Below, piece after piece: positions 1-10,527 of a DNA stretch of 41,696 bases; within the stretch, counting starts at the first letter, position 1; the number at the start of each line of letters is the position of its first letter. Under the pieces are notes generated by a model. It did not search any database and was not told the DNA's origin. It was given only the letters and a program-made list of their open reading frames with translations. Both the position numbers and the translations under genes were made by a program. The stretch is from Planctomicrobium piriforme (GTDB lineage: Bacteria > Planctomycetota > Planctomycetia > Pirellulales > PNKZ01). The stretch is from assembly GCA_945877965.1 (NCBI GenBank), contig CAMCTH010000001.1, positions 1-41,696 on the forward strand, read 5' to 3'.

Positions 1-24
1 GATATCCCTAACTTCCTTCCAGGA

Positions 25-1407
25 ATGAATCCGATGCTTCCGCTCACTCGTCGCGACGTGCTTCGGTCGGCCTCGTGCGGTTTCGGCTATTTGGCGTTGG
101 CCGGTTTGACGGCGAAGCAAGCCGCGGCCGCGGTGAAGAGCTCGGCCCATCATCCGTTGGCGCCGCGCGAGCCGCACTTCGAAGGGAAAGCCAAGCGGGT
201 GATCTTCCTCTGCATGCGCGGGGCCCCGGCTCACGTCGACATGTTCGACTACAAGCCGCAGACGACGAGCAAGGAACACGCCGGTTCGGTCTTCAAGTTC
301 AATCAGGCCGGGCAGAGCGGACTCTGGATCTCGGAGTTGTTGCCGGAGTTGAGCAAACAGGCCGACAAGCTCTGTGTGCTCAACGGCATGCACGCCGATG
401 TGCCGAACCATCCGCAAGCGTTCTTGCAGATGCATACCGGCGAGTTCCGCTTCCCGCGCCCGAGCTTGGGATCGTGGACGTTGTACGGACTCGGGAGCGA
501 GAACGACAACCTGCCGGGCTTCATCACGATCAATCCCGAGACGCGGGTCGGCGGAGCACAAAACTATTCGAGCGGCTTCTTGCCGCCGATCTATCAAGGG
601 ACGGCCATCGGCTACGTCGGGGCCGACATTGCCAAGGCGGGAATCAACAACGTCGTCGGCGAACATCTCTCGCCGGCTGCGAAGCGCCGTCAGTTGGACT
701 TGGTGCAAGCGATGAACGCCGAGCATCTGGCGTCGAAGCAGACCGACGCGAATCTCGAAGCGGCCATTGAATCGCTCGAGCTCGGCTTCCGCATGCAGGC
801 CGCCGTCCCAGACTTGCTCGATCTGAAGGGCGAAACGGCGGAGACGCTGGCGGCGTACGGCGTCGGACAGACGAAGGCCGTCGGTCGCTGCCTGGACGAC
901 GATTTCGGTCGCCAATGTCTGTTGGCTCGGCGCTTTGCCGAGGCCGGTGTGCGGTATGTCGAAATCTGTCACTCCAACTGGGATCAGCACGGCAATCATC
1001 GCAAGGAACTGACGGCCAACTGCGAGGCGATCGATCGACCGATCGCGGCTCTGTTGGCCGATCTCGAAGCCCGCGGCATGCTCGACGAAACGCTCGTCGT
1101 TTGGGGGGGCGAGTTCGGTCGAACGCCGCTGACCCCCTCGGGAAAAGAGAACGGCAGCAATCACAACTCGGCAGGCTTCACGTTCTGGATGGCCGGCGGC
1201 GGCATCAAGGGGGGCATGTCGTACGGCAAGACCGACGAGATGGGCCGCCGCGCGGTGGAGGACACGGTCAACTTCCACGATCTGCACGCCACGATGCTGC
1301 ATCAGTTGGGCCTCAACCACGAGAAGCTCACCTATCGCTACGGCGGCCGCGACTTCCGCCTGACGGGCGTCGAAGGGGGCCGCGTGGTCCGCGAGATCCT
1401 CGCCTAG
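25..1407 (+). CDS. DUF1501 family protein (sulfatase/alkaline-phosphatase-like fold) with Tat-type signal
   Basis: 460-aa ORF. The N-terminus LTRRDVLRS...AKQAAAA resembles a twin-arginine signal. Blocks [32 protein letters not shown] and [12 protein letters not shown] parallel the second copy at 15815-17161. Confidence 0.85.
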   Translation: MNPMLPLTRRDVLRSASCGFGYLALAGLTAKQAAAAVKSSAHHPLAPREPHFEGKAKRVIFLCMRGAPAHVDMFDYKPQTTSKEHAGSVFKFNQAGQSGLWISELLPELSKQADKLCVLNGMHADVPNHPQAFLQMHTGEFRFPRPSLGSWTLYGLGSENDNLPGFITINPETRVGGAQNYSSGFLPPIYQGTAIGYVGADIAKAGINNVVGEHLSPAAKRRQLDLVQAMNAEHLASKQTDANLEAAIESLELGFRMQAAVPDLLDLKGETAETLAAYGVGQTKAVGRCLDDDFGRQCLLARRFAEAGVRYVEICHSNWDQHGNHRKELTANCEAIDRPIAALLADLEARGMLDETLVVWGGEFGRTPLTPSGKENGSNHNSAGFTFWMAGGGIKGGMSYGKTDEMGRRAVEDTVNFHDLHATMLHQLGLNHEKLTYRYGGRDFRLTGVEGGRVVREILA

Positions 1408-1619
1408 CGGATTCTCGATCGTGACGACTTCGCATTGTGGACCGCCGCGCAGGGGCCGGCCGCGGCGGCGTTCTATCGACGCATGTCGTCGCGTCGTTGT
1501 TTCTTCGTCGTCTGCTTCGTTACCGAGAGCCTGTGGTTTTCGCGCCGGCTTTCGATCAGAATGCACCCCTGTCGTTCCGCGCTCCCCGCATCCGAGTCTT
1601 CAGACTGAGAGTTCGCATC

Positions 1620-2621
1620 ATGAAAAACGGTTTGTCCTTGGCGGCCCTGGTGTTCGCACTCCTTGCCACTTCGGTCTCGGCGGCGGAGCCGGTGAAGCCG
1701 GTCCGCATGGGGTGCGGTCTGATGACCTTTGATACCGTGCCGGGTTGGGGACTTCGTCCCGACGGCTCGTCGGCCTTGGGCGGCACGCACGGCGGCGTCG
1801 TGCTCGATAAGGCAGGCAACGTGTTCGTCAGCGCGAACAAGGGGATCGTCGTCTTCTCGCCCGACGGCAAGGTGATCAAAGAGTACTTGGGCGAAGACTA
1901 CGCGGCGTGCCACGACGTCGAGATCCGCGAAGAGGGGGACGCCGAGTTCATTTACGCCGCGCGAAACACGAAGGCCGAGGGGATTAAGTTCAACGCCCAC
2001 TCGGGCGAGATCGTGCTGCGTCTCCCCTTCCCGACCGAGTCGGGCCTGACGCTCAAAAAATTCAGCCCGACGGCGATCACCGTCGCTCCGAACGGCGACA
2101 TTTATTTGTCCGACGGTTATGCCAGTAATCACATCTTCGTCTTCGACAAGGCGGGCAAGTACTTGCGTCACTTCGGTGAAAAAGGGAACGACCTGAAGCA
2201 GTTCAACACGGCGCACGGCATGACGCTCGACACGCGCTACGATCCGCCGCGGCTGTTGATCTGCGATCGGAACCACACGCCGAAGGGACGCTTGCTCCAC
2301 TACGATCTCGCCGGCAACTATATCGAAGAAGTCGTCACCGGCTTGGGGATGCCGACGTCGGCCGCCGTGCAAGGCGACTACGTTTCGGTCCCCGACCTGC
2401 ACGGCCGAGTGGTCATTCTCGACAAGAGCAACACGATCATCGCCGTGCTGGGGCACAATCCCGATCCGGCCAAGCGGGTGAATTTTAACGTTCCGCAGGA
2501 CCAATGGATCGAAGGGATCTTTAGCGGCACGCACGGTTCTTATTGGGACAAAGACGGCAATCTCTACGTGCAAGATTGGAACGTCGCGGGGCGGATCATG
2601 AAGCTCGTCCGGGTGAAGTAA
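1620..2621 (+). CDS. Secreted NHL-repeat / six-bladed beta-propeller protein
   Basis: ORF 1437-2621 trimmed to ATG 1620, which gives the signal peptide MKNGLSLAALVFALLATSVSAAEP. Repeated blade-like segments are present (NGDIYLSDGYASNHIFVFDKAGKYLRHFG, AHGMTLD, DGNLYVQDW). Confidence 0.75.
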   Translation: MKNGLSLAALVFALLATSVSAAEPVKPVRMGCGLMTFDTVPGWGLRPDGSSALGGTHGGVVLDKAGNVFVSANKGIVVFSPDGKVIKEYLGEDYAACHDVEIREEGDAEFIYAARNTKAEGIKFNAHSGEIVLRLPFPTESGLTLKKFSPTAITVAPNGDIYLSDGYASNHIFVFDKAGKYLRHFGEKGNDLKQFNTAHGMTLDTRYDPPRLLICDRNHTPKGRLLHYDLAGNYIEEVVTGLGMPTSAAVQGDYVSVPDLHGRVVILDKSNTIIAVLGHNPDPAKRVNFNVPQDQWIEGIFSGTHGSYWDKDGNLYVQDWNVAGRIMKLVRVK

Positions 2622-2683
2622 GCCCGACGATCGGTCCGCTTGCGTCGTTGGTTTGTTTCCGTGCTCGGTGTGGTTCCATTGCC

Positions 2684-3409
2684 ATGAAGCTCAAGCTGCT
2701 CATCGTCCTGCTCGCGTTGGTCGTCGCCGCTTCACCGGTGTCGGCGGCGAAGCAAAAGGGGGCGAAGCCGCGCGGCGGGCCTGTGACGATCGATCCGGCC
2801 CTGCCGAACGTGTTGATCTTGGGGGACTCGATCTCGATCGGCTACACGCCCGGCGTGCGCGAAGAGCTCAAAGCGAAAGCCAACGTGATTCGACCGAATG
2901 CGAATTGCGGTGACACGATGATCGGCCTGGCGAACATCGACAAGTGGCTCGGCGACGGCAAGTGGGACGTCATCCACTTCAATTGGGGACTGTGGGATTT
3001 GTGCTATCGGCACCCGGAGTCGAAAGAGCAAGGTCGGCGCGACAAGGTAAACGGCACGCAATCGACCTCGACCGCGGACTACGAGAAGAATCTCGAAACG
3101 CTCGTCGCGCGGCTCAAGCAGACCGGGGCCGTGCTGATCTGGGCCGAGACGACCGTCGTGCCGGAAGGAGAAGCGGGGCGGTTCGTCGGCGACGACGCGA
3201 AGTACAACGCCGTCGCCGCGCGGGTGATGCAGAAGCACGGCATTCGCACCGACGACCTGCACGCGCTGACGAAGACTTTTGGGCCGGAACTCTTCACGAA
3301 GCCCGGCGACGTCCACTACACGCCCGAGGGTTACGCGAAGATTGCGAAGCACGTCGCCGCGAAGGTCGCGGAAGCGTTGCCGGGAAAAGCCAAGAACGGC
3401 AAGCCGTAA
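2684..3409 (+). CDS. SGNH/GDSL family hydrolase, secreted
   Basis: ORF trimmed to ATG 2684 (signal peptide MKLKLLIVLLALVVAASPVSAAKQ). GDS block LILGDSISIGY, FNWGLWD block, and C-terminal GDVHYTPEGY block. Confidence 0.8.
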   Translation: MKLKLLIVLLALVVAASPVSAAKQKGAKPRGGPVTIDPALPNVLILGDSISIGYTPGVREELKAKANVIRPNANCGDTMIGLANIDKWLGDGKWDVIHFNWGLWDLCYRHPESKEQGRRDKVNGTQSTSTADYEKNLETLVARLKQTGAVLIWAETTVVPEGEAGRFVGDDAKYNAVAARVMQKHGIRTDDLHALTKTFGPELFTKPGDVHYTPEGYAKIAKHVAAKVAEALPGKAKNGKP

Positions 3410-3441
3410 GCTTGTTTCGCATCGCTTGAGAACGACGGCAT

Positions 3442-4797
3442 TTAGCGGCGCGGACGGAGCGGCCAGTCGGGGCTCGGCTTGTGGCCTGCTTGCAGCAGCG
3501 CGGCGGCCTTCGTCGTCAGATCCGGATGTCGCTCAGCAACATTGTTCGACTCGGCGACGTCGGACTTGAGATCGTACAGTTCGATCGGCCCGTTGCTGCC
3601 GCTGCGGACCCCCTTCCAATCGCTGAAGCGGACGGCCTGCAACGTCGGCCGATCTTTCCCTTCGTGCAACTCCCAGTAGAAGTAATCGCGCTGCGGGGCT
3701 GCGCCGCCGCGGAGGAACTCGACCAGCGAATGACCGTCGGATTGAAAGCCCGACGGCAGTGACGCGCCGGCCAACTCCGTCGCCGTCGGCAAGTAGTCCC
3801 AAAACGCCCACGGCTCGTCGCACACGCGTCCTGCCGGAACGTGGCCCGGCCAACGTGCGAGGGCCGCTTGTCGCAGGCCTCCTTCGTACAAGCTCCGCTT
3901 GAAGCCGCGCAGTCGGCCCCCTTGGCTTTGGTCGAAGAGCTTGCCGAGATCCGACTTCGCATCGAACGACGAGCCGTTGTCGCCGGCGAGCATGACGAGC
4001 GTGTTGTCGTCGAGCTTCAGTTCGGCCAACAGATCGAGCAAGCGTCCGACGTCGGAGTCGATCCGCGTCACTTGCGCGGCATACGACTTCTGTTGTTCCG
4101 TCCACGGACGATCGCGATAGATGCCGACGTCGTCGATCTCATGCCGACCGTGCGGCAACGTGATCGCATAGTACAGGAAGAACGGACGATCGCGTTGCGC
4201 CCGAACCCAGGCGAGCGCTTCGTCGGCGATCAGATTCTGCGCATACGTTCGGCCGATTCCTTTGCCGTCGTTGCCCGGCAGTTTGATCCGCTCGGCGTCG
4301 CGATAGAGATACGTCGGAAAATAACTGTGGGCATGGCGCTGGCAGTTGTAGCCGAAGAAATGATCGAAGCCGACGGCAAGCGGACTGCCGCTCGTGTCGA
4401 ACATTCCCATTCCCCATTTGCCGACGCAGGCCGTCGCGTAACCCGCCGACTTTAGAATCTGCGCGACGGTGACGGTCCCCGGCGGCAGCGGCTTCTGGCC
4501 CTCGGGCTGGACTTCGCGATTCGCGCGAATCGGCGCATGGCCGCTGTGCAATCCCGTCATCAACGACGTTCGGCTCGGCGCGCAGACGCTCGTGCCGCAA
4601 TAGGCCTGCGTGAATCGCGTCCCTTCGCGAGCCATCTGATCGAGCCGCGGAGTTTGAATCAGCTTCTGTCCGTAGCAACCGAGATCGCCTTGCGCCAGAT
4701 CGTCGCACAGAATGAAGATCAGATTGGGCCGCATCGGTTCGGCGACCGCGACGTTCGCAAGCAGGAGCAACGATAGAAAGCAGATGGCAAGTCGCAT
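3442..4797 (-). CDS. Formylglycine-dependent sulfatase (arylsulfatase family)
   Basis: Signal peptide from ATG 4797 ([21 protein letters not shown]). Metal-site block [15 protein letters not shown], Cys-x-Pro-x-Arg motif in [13 protein letters not shown], and GKWGMG. Confidence 0.9.
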   Translation of the reverse strand: MRLAICFLSLLLLANVAVAEPMRPNLIFILCDDLAQGDLGCYGQKLIQTPRLDQMAREGTRFTQAYCGTSVCAPSRTSLMTGLHSGHAPIRANREVQPEGQKPLPPGTVTVAQILKSAGYATACVGKWGMGMFDTSGSPLAVGFDHFFGYNCQRHAHSYFPTYLYRDAERIKLPGNDGKGIGRTYAQNLIADEALAWVRAQRDRPFFLYYAITLPHGRHEIDDVGIYRDRPWTEQQKSYAAQVTRIDSDVGRLLDLLAELKLDDNTLVMLAGDNGSSFDAKSDLGKLFDQSQGGRLRGFKRSLYEGGLRQAALARWPGHVPAGRVCDEPWAFWDYLPTATELAGASLPSGFQSDGHSLVEFLRGGAAPQRDYFYWELHEGKDRPTLQAVRFSDWKGVRSGSNGPIELYDLKSDVAESNNVAERHPDLTTKAAALLQAGHKPSPDWPLRPRR

Positions 4798-4983
4798 GAA
4801 ATCCTCGGGGCGAATTCGGAACACGATTGGCCGTAACGGGACGGCGGCGTATCGTCGCCTCATGATAAGTCGCCGCCGACGGCGATGCGACCACGATGCG
4901 GACGACCGTATATTTCAGTATTTCCACGATTCTGAGGTGAATCTCGGCTAAGTTTTGGTCCGGCGAGGTCATAGAGGAATGTG

Positions 4984-5508
4984 ATGGCAAAAACCGACGA
5001 TCCGACGCTTCGCGTCCAACAACTGTTTGTGCGGCATCAGGGGCAACTCAAGGCCTTCGTGCTGGCGCTCTGGCCCGACTTCGCGCGAGCCGACGACGTG
5101 TTGCAGGAAGTCTTCCTCGCCGTCTCGGCCAAAGCGGCGGAGTTCGAGCCGGAGACGAATTTCTTGGCCTGGGCTCGTTCAATCACGCGCTTCAAACTGC
5201 TCGAAGCGCGCCGCAACGCGCCGCGGACCGGCGCGATGAGCGACGACGTCTTGGCCTCGCTCGCGGCGTCGTGTCCGGAGGATTGGGGGAGCGATCGCAA
5301 GCTGGCCGCGCTGGCCAAGTGCCTGGCGAGCCTCGCGCCGAAAGCGCAAGAGATCGTCCGGCTGCGCTATCATCGCGAGCATTCGCCGCCGGAGATCGCA
5401 CAGTTGCTGTCGCGATCGGTGAACTCGATCGGCGTGGCGTTGGCGAAGGCCCGGACCGCGCTGCGAGAATGTATCGAGCGACAATTGAATCAGGAGGGGG
5501 CCCGATGA
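4984..5508 (+). CDS. ECF-type RNA polymerase sigma-70 family factor
   Basis: Region-2-like DVLQEVFLAV...FLAWARSITRFKLLEARR and region-4 HTH PPEIAQLLSRSVNSIGVALAKARTAL. AGAGGAA lies 4 nt before ATG 4984, which I prefer over GTG 4981. Confidence 0.85.
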   Translation: MAKTDDPTLRVQQLFVRHQGQLKAFVLALWPDFARADDVLQEVFLAVSAKAAEFEPETNFLAWARSITRFKLLEARRNAPRTGAMSDDVLASLAASCPEDWGSDRKLAALAKCLASLAPKAQEIVRLRYHREHSPPEIAQLLSRSVNSIGVALAKARTALRECIERQLNQEGAR

Positions 5509-6488
5509 CCGAAGCGTATTGGGACCGGCTCATCGAGGGGCATCTCGACGACGGGCTGTCCGAGGCCGAGCAAGCCGAGTTCACGGCGCTGCTGCGCGAT
5601 TCGGAAGCGGCGCGGAGCCGGTTCTGGGAACTGGCCGAAGTGCACGGCCTGGCGCGCGACGCGGCGCGGATCGCCTGGCCCGACGCGGAGCTCGACGATG
5701 AGGTTGCCCAGAAGGCGCCGCCGCCGCTCATCATTTCTTCCGCGCGCGGTCTCGTCGCTTGGTTTCGACCGGTCGGGTTGGTCGCGGCGGGTTTGGTGCT
5801 CGGCATTCTGACGACCGGCTTAGCCTGGGCGATCGCGCTGCCGCAGCGCGATTCGGTCAAGGTGTTGCTCGCTGAGAGTTTTGAGTCGACGCCGCCGCCG
5901 ACGGCCGGCGGCGTGCCGATCGTCGCCGATGTTTGGAGCGGCGATTTTACCGAGTTAGTCGAGGCGCAATCCGGCGTTCAGCCTGCCAGCGCGCGGCGGA
6001 TGCTCCGCTTTCTCCGCGCCGATTACGCCGGCAAGCCGAATCCCGGCGGCTACATCAGCGAGGTTTATCGCCTGCTCGACGTTCGCGGTCGACGTCGCGA
6101 GTTGGTCGAAGGCGATGGGGTTGTGCAGGTGTCGGCCCTGTTCAATGCCGCGCCGTTCGCGGCCGACGAAAAGTACCACTACAGCCTCTCGATGTTCGCG
6201 CTCAATCAAGAGACGGCGACCGACGGCACGACGCGCAACGGTTCGGCTATGCTGGATCAATGCCTGGCGTCGACGCGACGGAGCAACGACCTGCTCGATC
6301 ACGATTCGCAGACCTGGCAGAAGATGTCGGCCGAGTTGCGCCTGCCGCCGAATACCGATTTCCTCTTGCTTCGCATCTCCGTGGCCCATGGCGGACGGTC
6401 GCGCGAATCGCAGGGACACGAAAAATTTACCGCCCACTATGCCGACGACGTCCGCGTCGTGTTCGCGCGTCGTCCCCTGTTGCCGTAA
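5505..6488 (+). CDS. Putative anti-sigma factor (single-pass membrane protein)
   Basis: ATG 5505 overlaps the sigma stop (ATGA). The N-terminal helical segment MTEAYWDRLIEGHLDDGLSEAEQAEF is typical of ECF anti-sigma partners. One TM (VGLVAAGLVLGILTTGLAWAIAL) is followed by an extracytoplasmic domain of unknown type. Confidence 0.6.
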   Translation: MTEAYWDRLIEGHLDDGLSEAEQAEFTALLRDSEAARSRFWELAEVHGLARDAARIAWPDAELDDEVAQKAPPPLIISSARGLVAWFRPVGLVAAGLVLGILTTGLAWAIALPQRDSVKVLLAESFESTPPPTAGGVPIVADVWSGDFTELVEAQSGVQPASARRMLRFLRADYAGKPNPGGYISEVYRLLDVRGRRRELVEGDGVVQVSALFNAAPFAADEKYHYSLSMFALNQETATDGTTRNGSAMLDQCLASTRRSNDLLDHDSQTWQKMSAELRLPPNTDFLLLRISVAHGGRSRESQGHEKFTAHYADDVRVVFARRPLLP

Positions 6489-6502
6489 GCACCTACCCCA
6501 CG

Positions 6503-9205
6503 ATGATGAATCACCGAATCCCTAAAATGATTTTGTTCGCAGCGACGCTGCTGCTCGCAGCCGCGGTCGCGGCGCAGGCCGACGAATCACGCGTCGCCGT
6601 GAGCGAACGTCAGCGGGCCTTTCTGCAAAGTCATTGTGCGAAGTGCCATGATGCGACGACGCAGGAAGGGAAATTCCGCGTCGACGATCTGCCGTTGCAC
6701 CTAGCCGATCTGCCGACGGCCGAGCGCTGGCAGAAGATTCTCAACGCCCTGAACTCGGGCGAGATGCCGCCGGCCGACGAGAAGCAACCCCCGGCCCAAG
6801 CGAAGGCCGACTTCTTGGACGAGTTGGCGAACGTCATGGTCGCGGCGCGGAAGAGTCTCGGCGATCAGCGCGGCGTCATCACGATGCGGCGGCTCAATCG
6901 TCGCGAGTATCGTAACACGCTCCGCGAGCTGCTCGGCGTCGAGATCAACGTCAGCGAGTTGCCGGCCGACGTCGGCACCGGCGGATTCGACACGGTCGGT
7001 TCCAATCTTTTCATGTCGGGCAATCAGTTCGAGCAGTATCTGGCGCTGGGGCGCGAGGCGCTCGACGAGGCCTTCGCCCGACAAGCGGCTGCCGCGGAAC
7101 AACCGAAACTCCGCTTCGAAGCGGAAGAGACGCTCGTCCGAATCCAAAAGTTTTACGACGATAATCTCGACGCGCTCGAACGGGCCAAGCGTTGGGTCAA
7201 AGCCCTCGATGCCGCGGCGGCCAAGCCCGAGAACGCCGCGATCGTGGCCGAGATTCGCAAGACGGCCAAAGACGATTCGTTCTTTCGTCGCGATTGGAAG
7301 AAGATACCCGGGGCTCCCGCGCCGGAAGAGTTTGGCTTTCAAACCGTCGAGAACAACGCCGACAAAGCGAACCGCGCGCTCGGCTACGCCAACGGATTCA
7401 TGCGTCCGTATCACGAATACTATCTGCGACAGGCGGCCCTCGACGCCGGCGCGTATCTGACGATCGGCATCGGCAACGATCTGAACTCGCACCTGCCGCA
7501 GTTGGTGCCGTTCGGGTGGCCCGTCGGCGAGTACGTCGTCCGCATTCGTTTGGCGGCGACGGACCACGCCCCGCCGGAACGACGCTTTATTGAGTTCGGC
7601 GTCCATCCGCGTCACGGCCAAGTCCTGAGTACGCACGAAGTGACCGGCACGATGAACGCCCCGCAAGTAATCGAGATTCCGCTCACGATGACGCGCGGAC
7701 ATGCCGAGCGCGACAACCGCACGCTCTTCCTTCGCGAAAAAGGAAGCAGCGATCACTACACGCGAACCCGGGTGATCTTCGATCAAGCAAAGCGACAAAA
7801 CGGCATCGGCCCCGAGGTTGCGATCTGGGTCGATTGGATCGAAGTTGAACGTCGGCCGACGACGGACCGACCGCCGGCACCGGGTTTGGCGGCACTCGGC
7901 GTTCCACTGGACGACAAGGCACCGCTCCCGATGAAAGCCGAACTCCGCGCGACGCTCGAACGATTCGCCTTCGAGGCGTTTCGGGGCCGCACGCCGCCGG
8001 CGAGTTATCTCGATCGATTGCTCGGCCTCTATGCAACGCGCCTGAAGGCCGGCGACAAGCCGACCGCGGCGTTGAAAGAGACGCTCGCCGTCGTGTTGGC
8101 TTCGCCGATGTTCCTGTATCTGGCCGAGCCGGTCGAGTCGGCGACGCACCGTCCGCTGACGGATGAAGAGTTAGCGACGCGACTGTCGTACTTCCTGTGG
8201 GGCGCGCCGCCCGACGCGCAACTCCGCGATCTCGCCCGGCGCGGCGAGTTGAAGCGGCCCGAGGTGTTGGCGGCCGAAACGGAGCGGTTGCTCAACGATC
8301 CGCGCTCGGTCGGCTTCACGCGACCGTTCGTCTCGCAATGGTTGGACCTCGACCGGCTCGATTTCTTCGAGATCAATCGGGTCCTCTACCCTCGGTTCGA
8401 CGACGCGACGAAAATGGCCGCGCGGGACGAGGTCTATGAAATGTTCGAACATCTGCTCCGCAGCAAAGACTCGCTCGGCGATCTATTGCAGGCCGATTAC
8501 GTCGTCGTCAACGGCGTGCTCGCGAATTACTACGGGCTGGCCGACGTTCACGGCGACGCCTTTCGCAAAGTGCCGTTGCCCCAAAAATCGCCGCGCGGCG
8601 GCTTGCTCGGGATGGCGGCCGTGCATGTGATGGGAGGCAACGGCGAGCGGACGAGTCCGGTTGAGCGCGGTGCGTGGGTGTTGCGAAAGCTGTTGAACGA
8701 TCCGCCCCCTCCTGCCCCCGCCAACGTCCCGCAAATCACGCGACTCGCCGGCAAGCTGCTGACGACGCGCGAACGCCTGTCGGCCCATCAAGAAGAGCCG
8801 CAGTGCAACAGTTGCCATCGCAAGATCGACCCGATCGGCTTCGGTTTGGAAAACTTTGATGCAGCCGGGGCGTGGCGGACCGAAGATCGCTATCAAGTGA
8901 CCGACGCCGACGGTAAGCCCGACCCGAAGTTGGTAAAGACGTGGAAGATCGACTCGGCGGCGACGTTGCACAACGGCCCGAGCTTTCGCGATTACTTTGA
9001 GATGCGGGAAATCATCGCGTCGAAGTCGGACGACTTCGCGCGGGGCTTCAGTTCGGCTCTCATTGAGTACGCACTCGGTCGACCGTGCGGATTCAGCGAC
9101 GAGCCGCTCGTCGCAGCGATGCTGGAACGAGCCGCTAAGCAGAACGGGAGGATGCGCGAGTACATTCACGCGCTCGTCGGCAGCCCCACCTTTCAATCGA
9201 AGTGA
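6503..9205 (+). CDS. Planctomycete cytochrome-like multidomain protein (DUF1587/DUF1592/DUF1595/DUF1588/DUF1585 architecture)
   Basis: ORF trimmed to ATG 6503 (signal [26 protein letters not shown]). N-terminal CAKCHD and C-terminal [19 protein letters not shown] haem-motif-like blocks. Classic pairing with a downstream DUF1552 gene. Confidence 0.85.
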   Translation: MMNHRIPKMILFAATLLLAAAVAAQADESRVAVSERQRAFLQSHCAKCHDATTQEGKFRVDDLPLHLADLPTAERWQKILNALNSGEMPPADEKQPPAQAKADFLDELANVMVAARKSLGDQRGVITMRRLNRREYRNTLRELLGVEINVSELPADVGTGGFDTVGSNLFMSGNQFEQYLALGREALDEAFARQAAAAEQPKLRFEAEETLVRIQKFYDDNLDALERAKRWVKALDAAAAKPENAAIVAEIRKTAKDDSFFRRDWKKIPGAPAPEEFGFQTVENNADKANRALGYANGFMRPYHEYYLRQAALDAGAYLTIGIGNDLNSHLPQLVPFGWPVGEYVVRIRLAATDHAPPERRFIEFGVHPRHGQVLSTHEVTGTMNAPQVIEIPLTMTRGHAERDNRTLFLREKGSSDHYTRTRVIFDQAKRQNGIGPEVAIWVDWIEVERRPTTDRPPAPGLAALGVPLDDKAPLPMKAELRATLERFAFEAFRGRTPPASYLDRLLGLYATRLKAGDKPTAALKETLAVVLASPMFLYLAEPVESATHRPLTDEELATRLSYFLWGAPPDAQLRDLARRGELKRPEVLAAETERLLNDPRSVGFTRPFVSQWLDLDRLDFFEINRVLYPRFDDATKMAARDEVYEMFEHLLRSKDSLGDLLQADYVVVNGVLANYYGLADVHGDAFRKVPLPQKSPRGGLLGMAAVHVMGGNGERTSPVERGAWVLRKLLNDPPPPAPANVPQITRLAGKLLTTRERLSAHQEEPQCNSCHRKIDPIGFGLENFDAAGAWRTEDRYQVTDADGKPDPKLVKTWKIDSAATLHNGPSFRDYFEMREIIASKSDDFARGFSSALIEYALGRPCGFSDEPLVAAMLERAAKQNGRMREYIHALVGSPTFQSK

Positions 9206-9225
9206 CGACCTAAGGACTTTTCAAG

Positions 9226-10527
9226 ATGACCATGCCGCAAACGCGCCGCCGTTTTCTCCAGTCGGGCTCGGCGATCGTCGCGCTCCCCGCGATGGAATCG
9301 CTCGGCTTTCGTCGCTTTGCTTCCGCTGCGGCGAAGGCCCCCGCGGCTCCGCCGAAGCGCGTCATTTTCCTCGGCTTCGGCTGGGGCGTCACCGAGACGA
9401 CGTGGTTCCCGCGGATGGATCAGCCGGGCGCGGCGTACGATCTGCCCGAGGGGTTGAAGCCGCTGGCGCGGCACAAGGCCGACTTCACCGTCGTGCAAGG
9501 GCTCTGGAATAAGTTCTCAAACGAAGGGCACTGGGGGAGCACGATGTGGCTCACCGGCGCGAATCGTTACGCTCAGGCCGGCCAGAGTTTTCATAACACC
9601 ATCTCCGCCGATCAGGTCGCCGCCGCACAGTTCGGTCGACACACCCGGTTCGCCTCGCTGCAATTCACGGCGAGCGAAAGTGCCGGCGGCTCGGGCCACG
9701 GTCCGGGTCTGTCGCTGGCTTGGGATGTGCGCGGCAAGCCGATCGGCGGCCAGAGCACGCCGCTGGAAGCGTATCATCGGTTGTTCTCGAAAGATGCGAC
9801 GCCGATTGAGGAGCAGCAAGCTCGACTCGCCGAGAAGCGGAGCGTGCTCGACACGGTGCTCGACAATGCTCGCGACTTGCGGCGCGGTCTCGGCAAGCAG
9901 GACGTCGACAAGCTCGACGAGTATTTTGAGGGGATTCGCGACATCGAGACGCGGCTCAGCAAAGACGAGCAATGGCTCGGCGTGCCGCAATCGAAAACGT
10001 CGCTCCCCGAGCCGAAGCCGGGCCTCGCCGGTCGCGACGAAATCAAGCTGATGTACGACATCATGACCGCGGCGTTGCAGACCGACGCGACGCGAGTGCT
10101 GACCTATCGCCAGCCGGTGAGCACGCTGCTGACGAGCCTCGACATCAAAGTTCATCCGCACGACATGAGCCACTACCACGGCGTGCTCGGTGAGAAGCTC
10201 GACGCGTCGCAGCGCCGCGACACGGCGCAAAGCGAACTGCTGGCCGGCTTCATCGATAACTTGAAGGCGACCAAGGAACCCGACGGCACGTCGCTGTTCG
10301 ATCACGTCACGCTGGTCTACGGCAGCAACCTGCGGACGAGTCACAACCTCGACAACTGCCCGACGATCGTGACGGGCCGCGGGGCGGGCATTCGGCTCGG
10401 CGAAAATTTCGTCGCCCCGAAGGGGACGCCGCTCTGCAATCTGTGGCTCACACTGCTGCGGGGAATGGGGGTCGAAGCGGAACGTCACGGCGACAGCACC
10501 GGCACGATCTCGGAATTGACCGTATGA
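9226..10527 (+). CDS. DUF1552 (HXXSHH) family protein with Tat signal
   Basis: MTMPQTRRRFLQSGSAIVALPA twin-arginine signal. HPHDMSHYHG block matches the HXXSHH family signature. Lies directly downstream of the DUF1592-type gene. Confidence 0.85.
   Translation: MTMPQTRRRFLQSGSAIVALPAMESLGFRRFASAAAKAPAAPPKRVIFLGFGWGVTETTWFPRMDQPGAAYDLPEGLKPLARHKADFTVVQGLWNKFSNEGHWGSTMWLTGANRYAQAGQSFHNTISADQVAAAQFGRHTRFASLQFTASESAGGSGHGPGLSLAWDVRGKPIGGQSTPLEAYHRLFSKDATPIEEQQARLAEKRSVLDTVLDNARDLRRGLGKQDVDKLDEYFEGIRDIETRLSKDEQWLGVPQSKTSLPEPKPGLAGRDEIKLMYDIMTAALQTDATRVLTYRQPVSTLLTSLDIKVHPHDMSHYHGVLGEKLDASQRRDTAQSELLAGFIDNLKATKEPDGTSLFDHVTLVYGSNLRTSHNLDNCPTIVTGRGAGIRLGENFVAPKGTPLCNLWLTLLRGMGVEAERHGDSTGTISELTV

Noticed and set aside
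1473-2573. 366-aa ORF antisense to the NHL-repeat gene
   Set aside because: Arg/Asp/Val-rich low-complexity translation with no motifs. It is completely overlapped by a plus-strand ORF with a signal peptide and recognisable repeats. This is a typical high-GC shadow ORF.
4818-4850. GGAAC motif that could be an ECF-type -35 element upstream of the ECF sigma gene
   Set aside because: No convincing CGT-type -10 at the 16-17 nt spacing, and the motif sits about 160 bp from the start codon. It cannot be supported by eye.
6701-8149. 482-aa ORF antisense to the DUF1592-type gene
   Set aside because: Arg-rich shadow frame. The opposite strand has family-specific motifs and a signal peptide.
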